Part shown: positions 17,406 through 26,375 of the stretch, in pieces
Numbering within the stretch: position 1 is the first letter of the stretch
Layout: every line of letters begins with the position of its first letter
Assembly (NCBI GenBank): GCA_016870355.1
Contig: VGBR01000001.1
Span: forward strand, 250,989 to 314,988
Origin: Actinomycetota bacterium
GTDB lineage: Bacteria > Actinomycetota > Acidimicrobiia > IMCC26256 > PALSA-555
DNA length: 64,000 nucleotides
Reading direction: 5' to 3'
Translations under genes and position numbers: made by a program
The notes under the pieces: generated by a model
The model's input: only the letters and a program-made list of their open reading frames with translations
Told to the model about the DNA's origin: nothing
Databases searched by the model: none

Positions 17406-18835
17406 CAGAACTGGAAGTAGATGAACGGGGGAACACCGCTCCCGGCCAACGTGTCAGTGACGAGCAGCGCGAGCGCGAGCACAAGTCCCTGCGCGACCGG
17501 CGCCAGCCTCGAGAACCGCGCCATCGCGCGCTTCATCCGGACCTCAGGGATGTACTGCTCAGCGATGCCGACCGCGATCGCGAGCAACACGCCGAACGTC
17601 ACGAGCGGCGCGTGGTCGAACCAGTGCGACGGGTCGAAGAGACGACCGATGACGTCGCCGGCCCTCTCGAACGACTCGGCGCGGAAGAAGATCCACGCGA
17701 ACGCGACGATGTGGAACGTCACCAGTCGACGCACGAACCGGCGCCGCGGTGTGTCAAGGAGCTCGGGGAGCAGCTTCGCGATGCGACGGTTGTGCCGATG
17801 GTGATCGATGCACAGGAACAGCCCGTGGATGGCTCCCCACACGATGAACGTCCAGGCGGCGCCGTGCCACAACCCTCCGATGAGCATCGTCAGCATCAGG
17901 TTGCGATACATGCGGACGTTTCCACGGCGGTTCCCGCCCAGTGGCACGTACAAGTAGTCGCGCAGCCATCGCGACAGCGTCATGTGCCACCTACGCCAGA
18001 AGTCCTGGACCGACGTCGCGGTGTACGGGCTGTCGAAGTTCTGCGGGAAGCGGAAGCCGAGCAGCAGCGCGAGCCCGATCGCCATGTCGGTGTAGCCACT
18101 GAAGTCGGCGTAGATCTGGACCGAGAAGGCGTACACCGCGACGAGGACGGTCAGGCCGGAATGGCGGCCTGGTGATGCGAACACCGGGTCGACCATCTTG
18201 GCGAGCACGTCGGCGATCACGAGCTTCTTGAAGAGGCCCATGAAGATGAGGAAGAACGCCCGGCTCGCGTCGATCTGTTGCGGGTCGTGGGCCTCCTTCA
18301 GCTGGGGCATGAACTCCGCGGGGCGCACGATTGGTCCGGCAACGACGTGCGGGAAGAACGAGAGGAACACACCGAAGTCCCAGACCCGACCGGGCTGGAA
18401 CGTGCCCCGATAGACGTCCATCAGGTAGCTGATGGCTTGGAAGGTGAAGAACGAGATGCCCAGGGGCAGCGCGACCGTCGTGATGTCGGGCGAGATGTTG
18501 ATTCCGATGCGGTCGAGCAGGTTGGTCGCCTCGCTGACGAAGAAGTCGTAGTACTTGAAGTAGCCGAGCACGAGCAGGTTCCCGGCGAGACCCGCGACGA
18601 GCCAGCGGTGCTTCGTGCGTTGCTCGGTCGCGGCGTGGATCTTGCGCGCGACGAGCTGGTTCCCGACCGTCGACGCCGCGATCAGCACGCAGAACCACGG
18701 CTCGAGCCATCCGTAGAAGACGTACGACGCGCCCAGCATGAAGATCTTCCACCGACGTCGTCGCGGCATGAGCAACCACGACAACGGAAGGACGATCATG
18801 AAGAAGAGCGCGAACGTGATCGTCGGGAACAGCAT
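17405..18835 (-). CDS. MBOAT family O-acyltransferase (AlgI/DltB-like)
   Basis: Track ORF 17405..19012 trimmed to ATG at 18835 (MLFPTITFALFFMIVLPLSW...). Multi-TM, with the conserved FWRRWHMTLSRWLRDYLYVPLGGNR histidine motif. Confidence 0.88.
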   Translation of the reverse strand: MLFPTITFALFFMIVLPLSWLLMPRRRRWKIFMLGASYVFYGWLEPWFCVLIAASTVGNQLVARKIHAATEQRTKHRWLVAGLAGNLLVLGYFKYYDFFVSEATNLLDRIGINISPDITTVALPLGISFFTFQAISYLMDVYRGTFQPGRVWDFGVFLSFFPHVVAGPIVRPAEFMPQLKEAHDPQQIDASRAFFLIFMGLFKKLVIADVLAKMVDPVFASPGRHSGLTVLVAVYAFSVQIYADFSGYTDMAIGLALLLGFRFPQNFDSPYTATSVQDFWRRWHMTLSRWLRDYLYVPLGGNRRGNVRMYRNLMLTMLIGGLWHGAAWTFIVWGAIHGLFLCIDHHRHNRRIAKLLPELLDTPRRRFVRRLVTFHIVAFAWIFFRAESFERAGDVIGRLFDPSHWFDHAPLVTFGVLLAIAVGIAEQYIPEVRMKRAMARFSRLAPVAQGLVLALALLVTDTLAGSGVPPFIYFQF

Positions 18836-18885
18836 GGGGGCGGAGTCAGTCTCGCACGGCGCCGCGCGAGCGCAACGAACGGTCG

Positions 18886-19263
18886 CTAGGCGTTGGGAAG
18901 CAAGGGTGTACCCCACGGGACCGTGACCTGCACGATCGACATGCCCCGCGCCAGCTCGCGCGCGATGTGGTCGATCGCGCGCCGACTGGCGCGCCAGCCG
19001 ACGACGCCCCACTCGTGTCGCTCGTCGCCGCGTTCGGCTTCCACGAAGATTGCGACCAGGACGGCGATCACGATCACGCCGCCCACCTCACTGAAGTCCA
19101 AGCAACCGCTCGCGGCCTCGGACCAGTTGGCATCCTCGTCCTTCAGTTGTTCGTTCAAGTGCCACCCGCGCCAGCGCGGCGGTTGTGGCAACCAACGGAG
19201 GCTCACACGCCAGGGGGATCCGTCGGCTGCCACGACCGAGCGCGACAGCGGCTCCCACGACAC
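18886..19263 (-). CDS. hypothetical protein with one predicted TM helix
   Basis: 125-aa ORF with high GC3 in frame and the hydrophobic segment VGGVIVIAVLVAIFV. No family recognised. Confidence 0.45.
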   Translation of the reverse strand: MSWEPLSRSVVAADGSPWRVSLRWLPQPPRWRGWHLNEQLKDEDANWSEAASGCLDFSEVGGVIVIAVLVAIFVEAERGDERHEWGVVGWRASRRAIDHIARELARGMSIVQVTVPWGTPLLPNA

Positions 19264-19288
19264 GGCAGCGACCGTGCCGTGATGAGCG

Positions 19289-20020
19289 TTAGGTGATCTC
19301 GAAGACCAGCGTCACTGACACGCTGAGTGACTCGGAGCCGGGTTCGATCGGCGCGGCCGCCGACAGCTCGTCACCCGACGCGACCCGTTCGAAGTCGGCG
19401 TCGTCCAGCACCGGTCCGTAGGGAACGCTGTCCTCGGTCAGCTTGAGCAGGTCACCGAGGTCCACGCCCGCAGCATCCGCGAGCTGCTCGGCCTGCTCGC
19501 GCGCCCGGCGAACCGCGTCAGCGCGCGCCTTCGCGACCAGCTCGGTGTTGTCGTCGAAGGAGAAGTACACGCCCTCGACGACGATCTCGTCACCCGCGGC
19601 CTTCGTCGCGGCGTCGATGATTCCGCCAGCCTTCTCGAGGTCACGAATCGTCGCGTGCAGCGAGTTGTAGATCCCGTACCCCTGGAGATCGTCTCCCTCT
19701 TCGTCGTAGAACGGGGAGATCGAGAGGTTGGACGTCTGGAGGTCATCCTCCTCGACGCCCGCCTCGCGCAGGACATCGATCACCTTGCGCGCCAGCTCGC
19801 TGTTGCGACTCAGTGCTTCGGCCGCGGTGTTGGCCCGCGTCCTCACGCCGATCACCAGCTCCAGCACATCCGGAGTACCTCGCACGAGACCCGTTCCGTA
19901 CACCGTGATCGTGCGGGGATCACGTCCGCCGTCCTCGACTCCCGCGCTGGCCGGTCCCGGCCACATCGCCGTGACCCCAATCACCAGAGTCGTCATCATC
20001 AACCACCTGCGCGCCCGCAT
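19289..20020 (-). CDS. SIMPL (DUF541) domain-containing secreted protein
   Basis: Track ORF trimmed to ATG at 20020, with GGAGG 5 nt upstream. Signal peptide MRARRWLMMTTLVIGVTAMWPGPASA. Body TVYGTGLVRGTPDVLELVIGV...SLSVSVTLVFEI is typical of SIMPL. Confidence 0.8.
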   Translation of the reverse strand: MRARRWLMMTTLVIGVTAMWPGPASAGVEDGGRDPRTITVYGTGLVRGTPDVLELVIGVRTRANTAAEALSRNSELARKVIDVLREAGVEEDDLQTSNLSISPFYDEEGDDLQGYGIYNSLHATIRDLEKAGGIIDAATKAAGDEIVVEGVYFSFDDNTELVAKARADAVRRAREQAEQLADAAGVDLGDLLKLTEDSVPYGPVLDDADFERVASGDELSAAAPIEPGSESLSVSVTLVFEIT

Positions 20021-20119
20021 CGGAACCTCCATGTCGTCGGGTCGGCTACGTCGTCGGAGCATTGGACGCCCCGCGTGGCCCCCAAGTTCCCACGGCCGCG
20101 CCGCCCTTACGCTGCATTT

Positions 20120-20414
20120 GTGAGCGAGATACCCGACGCCGTGTTCCATGCCGACGGCGATCTGCTCGTGCCCACCGAGCTCGCGCGAGGACCGTGGTCG
20201 CCAGATGCACAGCACGGTGGCGGTCCCGCGGTACCTCTTCATCAACCCCGACCTGACGATCTACCTCCACGACACGCCCGAGGGTGAGTGGGTAGGGCTC
20301 GACGCCGTGAGCGCGATCGAGCCGAAGGGCATCGGTCTGGCCACGGGCATCCTCCGCGACGAGCGCGGCGTCGTCGGCCGCTCGCTCCAGGGGCTCCTCG
20401 TCGATCGCTTCTGA
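20120..20414 (+). pseudogene. thioesterase-family (4HBT_3-type acyl-CoA thioesterase-like) gene with a large internal deletion and frameshift
   Basis: The N-terminal ~37 aa (VSEIPDAVFHADGDLLVPTELARGPWSPDAQHGGGPA) are in one frame. The C-terminal ~60 aa (YLFINPDLTIYLHDTPEGEWVGLDAVSAIEPKGIGLATGILRDERGVVGRSLQGLLV) are in another, joined near 20230. About 170 aa of the family's middle region are absent. Confidence 0.5.
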
Positions 20415-20461
20415 GCGCTCGACGCGGTCCGGCAGGGGCGCGGGGCTGCAAGAGTGTCAAC

Positions 20462-21409
20462 GTGATCGTGCTGGTCACGGGGGGAACGGGGGCGATTGGC
20501 CGACCGGCCATCGACCGCCTGGTCGCGGCGGGACACGAAGTGCGCGCCGTGGCACGCGACGACGCCAAGGCCGCGCGCCTGCATGCTCAGGGTGCGGAAC
20601 CGGTGCGAGCCGACGTCTTCGATGCCGGGTCGGCTCGCAAAGTGGCCGGCGGTGTCGACGCGATCGCACATCTCGCCACGAACGTTCCGCCCATGGCGAA
20701 GATGGTGCTCCCCGCCGCATGGAAGACCCACAACCGCTTGCGTACCGAGGCGACCAGCGCGTTGCTCGAAGCCGCCCGCGCGCTCGGCATCGACCGGTTT
20801 GTCAAGGAGTCGATCACCTTCACGTACCCCGATCGTGGCGACCAGTGGATCGACGAGTCGGTCACGCCGGAGACCACGGCCAAGCTGCTCCAACCAACAC
20901 TCGATGGTGAACGGTTGGTGGCGCGCTTCGGCGCCGACGGCGGGAAGGGCGTCGTGCTGCGGTTCGGGCTCTTCTACGGCCCCGAGAGTCGTTCGGTCGA
21001 CGAGTCGCTGCGCCTAGCGAAGGTGCGAGCCGCGCCGATTCCGGGCGCCGCGGACGGGTACGTGTCGTCGATTCACGTCTCGGATGCGGGCGCGGCCGTC
21101 GTTGCCGCGCTCGACGCGCCGCCCGGCGTCTACAACGTCGTTGACGACGAACCGGTGACGCGCCGCGAGTACGCGGACGCGTTCGCCGCGGCGTTCGACC
21201 TCCCGCGGCTTCGGATCGCTCCTGGCGGTGTGGTGCGGGCCGTCGGCGGAAGTGTTTCGAGTGCCCTCACGGCCTCGCAACGGGTGTCGAACCGTCGCTT
21301 TCGCGACGCGACGGGTTGGGCCCCCGCGTACCCGAGCGTGCGCGAGGGATGGGTGGCCGTTGCCGCTGCGCGCGGTGGCGCGTACAAGGAGGATGCAGAT
21401 GACCGGTGA
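20462..21409 (+). CDS. NAD(P)-dependent epimerase/dehydratase family (SDR) protein
   Basis: Track ORF 20288..21409 trimmed to GTG at 20462 (VIVLVTGGTGAIGRPAIDRLVAAGHEVRAV...). Rossmann GxxGxxG motif. Confidence 0.8.
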   Translation: MIVLVTGGTGAIGRPAIDRLVAAGHEVRAVARDDAKAARLHAQGAEPVRADVFDAGSARKVAGGVDAIAHLATNVPPMAKMVLPAAWKTHNRLRTEATSALLEAARALGIDRFVKESITFTYPDRGDQWIDESVTPETTAKLLQPTLDGERLVARFGADGGKGVVLRFGLFYGPESRSVDESLRLAKVRAAPIPGAADGYVSSIHVSDAGAAVVAALDAPPGVYNVVDDEPVTRREYADAFAAAFDLPRLRIAPGGVVRAVGGSVSSALTASQRVSNRRFRDATGWAPAYPSVREGWVAVAAARGGAYKEDADDR

Positions 21410-21833
21410 AGCTGCACAGCGCACCACGCGCATCGGGTTGGCGCTGCTGTCGCTGACGTCGATCCCCCTCGGGTTGTGGGCGGTGATCGCGCCGCGCTCG
21501 TACTACGACGACTTCCCGGGCTTCGGCCGTCAGTGGATCTCGCCGGACGGGCCGTTCAACGAGCACCTGATGCGCGACTTTGGCGGGTTGAACCTCGCCA
21601 TCGGTGTGTTCACCGTGTGCGCGGCGATCTGGTTGCTACGCCCGATGGTGATCGGCGCGGCGCTCGCCTGGATCGTATGGCCGCTTCCGCACCTCACGTA
21701 CCACCTCTTGAACCTCCACCACTACGACACCACCGATCAGATCGGGATCATCGGCGGGTTGGTGGTCGGCCCGGTGGTGGCGGTGGTGCTGCTCGTGGTG
21801 TCGCGCTCGTTGCCGGCGCGCGCGGAGCAGTAG
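21399..21833 (+). CDS. hypothetical integral membrane protein (4 TM)
   Basis: Track ORF 21228..21833 trimmed to ATG at 21399, 6 nt after AAGGAGG. Four hydrophobic helices. Overlaps the SDR gene end by 11 nt. Confidence 0.6.
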   Translation: MTGEAAQRTTRIGLALLSLTSIPLGLWAVIAPRSYYDDFPGFGRQWISPDGPFNEHLMRDFGGLNLAIGVFTVCAAIWLLRPMVIGAALAWIVWPLPHLTYHLLNLHHYDTTDQIGIIGGLVVGPVVAVVLLVVSRSLPARAEQ

Positions 21834-21850
21834 GAGCGACCGAGGACGGT

Positions 21851-21937
21851 TCAGCGGCGCCCGGCGTTGGGCTTCTTACCGTGGTTCGCCTTGTTGCGGC
21901 GCGCCTTGAGCTTGCGCTTCTTCGTCTTCTTGGACAT
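21851..21937 (-). CDS. 50S ribosomal protein bL37 (28 aa), below the ORF-track size cutoff
   Basis: MSKKTKKRKLKARRNKANHGKKPNAGRR has the KANHGK(R/K)PN core of the actinobacterial bL37 mini-protein. It is the tail of shadow ORF 21851..22381. A GGAG lies 9 nt upstream of the ATG. Confidence 0.7.
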   Translation of the reverse strand: MSKKTKKRKLKARRNKANHGKKPNAGRR

Positions 21938-22066
21938 CTCGGCCACTCCGACCCAGTAGGGGACCTCAGAGGGTAGGCGGTGCCGGGGCGGCTGCGGGCA
22001 TCCGTGGCTACGCTCAAGTTTGCACGGGCGTTTGGCGACACATATGGCACGGAAGTGTGACCACGT

Positions 22067-23329
22067 GTGGGCGAACGGAGTGTAGTGAGAGCACACTGGC
22101 ATCGAGCGCTGGCGTTGATCGCATTGGCCGCGGTCGGCCTCGCCGCGTGCGTGCCGCCTCCGCCGCCACCTCCTCCCGCCCCGCCCGCCTCCACGGTCGG
22201 CTGCGGGAGCATGGCTGAGCCAACGCCCGCTGACCCGGTCGAGTATGTGGCTGTCGTCGACGAGCCGGGCCCCGGCGCGCCGGAGGTCGAGACGTTCACC
22301 GCGACGTCTGAGGCCGATCTTGAGGCGCAGATCGACGAGCTCGAGGCCGAAGGAACGGTCGTCGCCGTCGAACCCGAGCAACCGGTCGCGGCACTCGTCG
22401 ACGCCGATCCGCGCTCGGCTGAGCAGTGGGGACTCACGAACTCAGCGTTCAGCACCGCGTGGACGAACGGGTTCGACGGAACCGGCGTCCGCATCGCGAT
22501 CCTCGACACCGGCGTGCAGGCTGCACACGAAGACCTCGCGGGCAAGGTCGTCCAAGGCATCGACTACTACGCCGGCAGCAGTGGCGATCCCGCCGGTGAC
22601 AGCGACTACGGACGGGTCGACGCCAACGGCCATGGCACGCACGTCGCCGGCATCGCGGCGGCGGGTGACAATGCCGTCGGCGGGCTCGGCGGCGCGCCCG
22701 GAGCGACGATCGTGCCGGTGCGCGTGCTCGGCGCGGGCGGGTCGGGCTCGAGCTCGGACGTGTCGTCCGGGATCATCTGGGCTGCCGACCCGACCAAGGG
22801 CAACGCCGACGTGATCAACCTCAGCCTTGGCGGGTCGAGCTGCTCGTCGAGCCAGCAAGCGGCGGTCGACTACGCCGAATCTCAAGGTGTGGTCGTCGTC
22901 GCGGCGGCAGGGAACGACGACGTGAACGTGCCGATCTACCCGGCCGGCTTCGAGGGCGAGGTGATCGCCGTAGGTTCGACCACCTCGGCCAACGCGAAGT
23001 CCTCGTTCTCGAACTATGGAACACCGTTCGTGGACATCGGCGCACCGGGCTCCGCGATCCTCTCTTCGTACAAGGACAGCCCGGGTCAACCGCCCAACGG
23101 CGCGTACCTAGTGAAGAGCGGCACCTCGATGGCAACGCCGTACACAGCAGCCGCAGTGGCGCTCTTGCTCCAGCACTGCCCGGCGATCACCAATGGATCG
23201 GCCGCGGGCGGAAGCGTCGCCGACAAGGTGCTCGCCACGCTCCAGGCGACCGCGAGCCCCGAAATTGCTGGGCTTGGGGCCAGCCTTGTGCAGGCGGGGG
23301 CGCTGACCACGGTGACCTGTCCGACTTGA
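22067..23329 (+). CDS. S8 family (subtilisin-like) serine peptidase, predicted lipoprotein
   Basis: Catalytic motifs ILDTGV (Asp), HGTHVAG (His) and SGTSMATP (Ser). Signal plus lipobox LAAVGLAAC, followed by a poly-Pro linker. The start may be the GTG at 22085. Confidence 0.88.
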   Translation: MGERSVVRAHWHRALALIALAAVGLAACVPPPPPPPPAPPASTVGCGSMAEPTPADPVEYVAVVDEPGPGAPEVETFTATSEADLEAQIDELEAEGTVVAVEPEQPVAALVDADPRSAEQWGLTNSAFSTAWTNGFDGTGVRIAILDTGVQAAHEDLAGKVVQGIDYYAGSSGDPAGDSDYGRVDANGHGTHVAGIAAAGDNAVGGLGGAPGATIVPVRVLGAGGSGSSSDVSSGIIWAADPTKGNADVINLSLGGSSCSSSQQAAVDYAESQGVVVVAAAGNDDVNVPIYPAGFEGEVIAVGSTTSANAKSSFSNYGTPFVDIGAPGSAILSSYKDSPGQPPNGAYLVKSGTSMATPYTAAAVALLLQHCPAITNGSAAGGSVADKVLATLQATASPEIAGLGASLVQAGALTTVTCPT

Positions 23330-23537
23330 GCCGGCGCGCGGACCGACCGAGAGCCTTCGGGAGCGTCACTACGCTCGCATGACTTGTCCTCACCTCGACC
23401 CCTCCGAGGTGCACCGCATGCCCAGAGCACGACCGACACTCGCCACCGTGGCGCGAGCGTCGGTCGTCGCGGCCTGCACTCCGGTCACCCAGCAAGCGGT
23501 GTCACCACCGCCAGCAGGCTGTCCGACGGAGTACCGG

Positions 23538-23990
23538 TCAGGCCGGCGGAGCCGCCGGGACGTTGCCGTCGGTCCAGACCGACTTCTCGATCCGCTCGGT
23601 GATGCGCCACCCCTTGTCGGTACGCGTGAGCTTGTCGTGGTACTCGCCGCCCACGAAGAACAAGCTCACACCGCCGCCGTCGGCGGCTTGCGCCATCGGG
23701 TTGTAGAACGCGGAACGACTCGTCGCCGTGTCGCCGTCGACGTCGATGTCCTTGTTGGTCACGAAGTGCTGGTACGCGGGAAAGTGCGGCAGCACCGAAG
23801 CCAGCCACGCCTTCACCTCGGGGTAGTCACCCTTGATGCCGCCGGCGCTCGTGTAGTCGACGAACGCGTCGGGCGCGAACACGTCGTCGAGTCCGTCGAA
23901 GGTCTTGCTGTCGATCGCCCACGCGTACCGAGTGAGCACCGCCTCGATCTCGAGTCGGTCAGAGAGCGCTCGCAACGCTTGGTCATCCAT
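23538..23990 (-). CDS. nuclear transport factor 2 / SnoaL-like family protein
   Basis: 150-aa ORF LEIEAVLTRYAWAIDSKTFDGLDDVFAPDA...YHDKLTRTDKGWRITER. SnoaL_4-like pattern. Confidence 0.8.
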   Translation of the reverse strand: MDDQALRALSDRLEIEAVLTRYAWAIDSKTFDGLDDVFAPDAFVDYTSAGGIKGDYPEVKAWLASVLPHFPAYQHFVTNKDIDVDGDTATSRSAFYNPMAQAADGGGVSLFFVGGEYHDKLTRTDKGWRITERIEKSVWTDGNVPAAPPA

Positions 23991-24161
23991 GACGGCAAGT
24001 TAGTCATCATCCCCGCTCTCGGCGCTGCGCGCCGGGCCGCTCTGGCCCCGGCTACCTGCGCCGCCGTAGACACCGGGCTCGCTTGCTTGCAGTCGTTGGA
24101 GCGGTCGGCAAAGCCGCCGCTCCCACCCGACGTCGGCGGCGCGGTCGGTAGCCTCGGCCAC

Positions 24162-25184
24162 ATGGAGCACCTGGGGCTCGTCGGGCTCCCTGATTCGGGC
24201 CACGGCGCGCTGTTCACGGCGTTGACCGGAATCGACGTCACGAACGCATCCGACCGTGTGTTGGGTGTCGTGCACCTTCCTGATGAGCGGGTCGACCGGC
24301 TCGCCGAGATGTCGAAGTCGAAGAAGGTCGTCGCGGCGACGTTCCAGATTGCGTTCCTCCCTGGCCTGTCGACCGAAGCCGGCAAGGGCTTGGGCAGCCG
24401 ACTGCTCGGCACTTTGCGCGACTCCGACGCCCTCATGCTGGTGGTGCGGGCCGACGAGGGTCACGACGCGCGCCGTGAGCTCGCGGCGCTCGAAGAGGAG
24501 CTGATCCTCGCCGACCTGGGCTCGGTCGAGCAGCGACTCGACAAGCAACGGCGTGCCTTGAAAGGCGACAAGACGCTCGGTCCTGAGATCGAAGCGCTCG
24601 AGCGCGCCGAGGCCGTGTTGAGCGACGGCGTCCCCATCTATCGGAGCGATGTGAGCGCCGACGAACGAGAGCTGCTCGGCCCGGTGTTCCTGCTCACCAA
24701 CAAGCTCGCCTTGATCGTCGCCAACATCGGGATCGATCAGCTCGAGGAAGCCGACGCCGTGGCGGCGCCATTCGGCGACCAAGCGCTCGCCGTGTGTGTC
24801 GAGCTCGAAGCTGATCCTGACGTGGTGGCCGCTGAAGGCGCGGAACGTGCCGCGCTGCTGGACGACCTCGGCATCCCCGAGAGCGTCGTGCCGCGGCTGG
24901 CGCGCAACGCGCTTCATCTGCTCGGCCGCAACACCTTCCTCACCACCGGTGAGGACGAGACGCGCGCGTGGACCTACCGAGCAGGAGCGAAGGCCCCCGA
25001 GTGTGCCGGCGCGATCCACTCCGACCTCCAACGCGGGTTCATCCGCGCCGAGGTGATTCCGTGGGACGAGCTGCTCGAGCTCGGCGCGTGGGCAAAGGCG
25101 AAGGAGGTCGGGAAGCTCCGCGTCGAGGGCAAGGACTACGTCGTGCAGGACGGCGATGTCCTCGAGATCCGTTTCAACGTGTGA
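24162..25184 (+). CDS. YchF-like protein with degenerate P-loop (DUF933 / TGS-like C-terminus)
   Basis: Track ORF 23379..25184 trimmed to ATG at 24162. YchF architecture, with the C-terminus FLTTGEDETRAWTYRAGAKAPECAGAIHSDLQRGFIRAEV...KDYVVQDGDVLEIRFNV. The G1 motif reads GLPDSGHGALF instead of GLPNVGKSTLF. Confidence 0.8.
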   Translation: MEHLGLVGLPDSGHGALFTALTGIDVTNASDRVLGVVHLPDERVDRLAEMSKSKKVVAATFQIAFLPGLSTEAGKGLGSRLLGTLRDSDALMLVVRADEGHDARRELAALEEELILADLGSVEQRLDKQRRALKGDKTLGPEIEALERAEAVLSDGVPIYRSDVSADERELLGPVFLLTNKLALIVANIGIDQLEEADAVAAPFGDQALAVCVELEADPDVVAAEGAERAALLDDLGIPESVVPRLARNALHLLGRNTFLTTGEDETRAWTYRAGAKAPECAGAIHSDLQRGFIRAEVIPWDELLELGAWAKAKEVGKLRVEGKDYVVQDGDVLEIRFNV

Positions 25185-25191
25185 GGCGTCG

Positions 25192-25533
25192 GTGACGCCC
25201 CGGTTGTTGCGCAATGGCAACATCGTGGCTTCGGCGGAGCTCGCGGCCACACGCGCCGCGCGTCGACGAGGGTTGCTCGGTCGTACCGGGGTGGACGGTG
25301 TGCTGGTGCTCGAGCCGTGTCGCCAGGTCCACTCCTTCGGCATGCAGTTCCCGATTGACGTCATGTTCTGCGACCGTCACGACCGGGTGCTGCGCGTCCA
25401 GACGCTCAAGCCCGGCCGGGTCACGCGGCCGGTCATTCGCGCCCGTCGCGTGCTCGAAGCCGACGGTGGCGCAGCAGCCCGATGGGGGATCGCGGTTGGT
25501 GATCTCCTCGAGGTGCTGGAAGTTCCCGCGTGA
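25192..25533 (+). CDS. DUF192 domain-containing protein
   Basis: Track ORF trimmed to GTG at 25192. ARRRGLLGRTGVDGVLVLEPCRQVHSFGMQFPIDVMFCD is the characteristic DUF192 core. GTGA overlap with rsmI. Confidence 0.75.
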   Translation: MTPRLLRNGNIVASAELAATRAARRRGLLGRTGVDGVLVLEPCRQVHSFGMQFPIDVMFCDRHDRVLRVQTLKPGRVTRPVIRARRVLEADGGAAARWGIAVGDLLEVLEVPA

Positions 25534-26375
25534 GCGAGCCGGGATCGCTCGTCCTCGTCGCCACGCCGATCGGCAACTTGGGCGACCTCTCACCCCGGGC
25601 CGTAGAGGTGCTGCGCACAGCGGACGTCATCGCCGCCGAGGACACGCGCCGCACTCGCGCGCTCCTCACGCACGCGGGCGTATCGGCGGGTCGGAGGCTG
25701 CGGGCTGTGCACGGCCACAACGAGCGGGCCCGTGCGACCGCGATCGTCGACGAGATCCGGAGTGGAAAGCGCGTCGCGTACGTCACCGACGCGGGGATGC
25801 CGGGCATCTCCGACCCCGGTGAGCGGCTCGTTGCCGCGTGCGTGAGTGCGGGGCTGCCCGTCGAGGTGGTGCCGGGCCCGAGTGCCGCGCTCACCGCTTT
25901 GGTGCTGTCGGGGCTTCCCACGGAGAGGTTCGCGTTCGAAGGCTTCTTGCCTCGGAAGGGACGCGAGCGCACCGAGCGGCTTGCGATCATCGCGGCCGAG
26001 CAGCGAACGACGGTGCTGTTCGAGTCACCGCAGCGCTTGGGTGCCACGCTGGCCGACCTCGCCGCGGCGTGTGGTGACGACCGCCGCATCGCCGTGGCGC
26101 GCGAGCTCACGAAGCTGCACGAAGAGGTATGGCGCGGACCGATCAGCGAGGCGCAACGACACTTCGCGAATGCACCGCGAGGAGAGGTGGCGGTCGTGAT
26201 CGAACCCGCTCCCGCGGCAGCAGAGATCGACGACGACGAGCTCGCTCGTCAGGCGGCGAAGCTGGTCGAGCAAGGTCTCCCGACACGTGATGCCGCCGAT
26301 GAGCTCGCGGCGCGGTCTGGCGTATCTCGACGGCGCGCCTACGACGCGGTCATTGCGCAGCGTCGAGCGCGCTGA
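25530..26375 (+). CDS. rsmI: 16S rRNA (cytidine1402-2'-O)-methyltransferase
   Basis: LVLVATPIGNLGDLSPRAVEVLRTADVIAAEDTRRT...YVTDAGMPGISDPG...FEGFLP. Canonical RsmI tetrapyrrole-methylase fold motifs. Confidence 0.9.
   Translation: MSEPGSLVLVATPIGNLGDLSPRAVEVLRTADVIAAEDTRRTRALLTHAGVSAGRRLRAVHGHNERARATAIVDEIRSGKRVAYVTDAGMPGISDPGERLVAACVSAGLPVEVVPGPSAALTALVLSGLPTERFAFEGFLPRKGRERTERLAIIAAEQRTTVLFESPQRLGATLADLAAACGDDRRIAVARELTKLHEEVWRGPISEAQRHFANAPRGEVAVVIEPAPAAAEIDDDELARQAAKLVEQGLPTRDAADELAARSGVSRRRAYDAVIAQRRAR

Noticed and set aside
23379-23537. N-terminus of the 601-aa track ORF (MPRARPTLATVARASVVAACTP...) resembling a lipoprotein signal peptide.
   Set aside because: The frame immediately runs antisense through the well-supported SnoaL-like gene and has no further protein-like features. 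The real gene in this frame (the YchF-like protein) starts at 24162.
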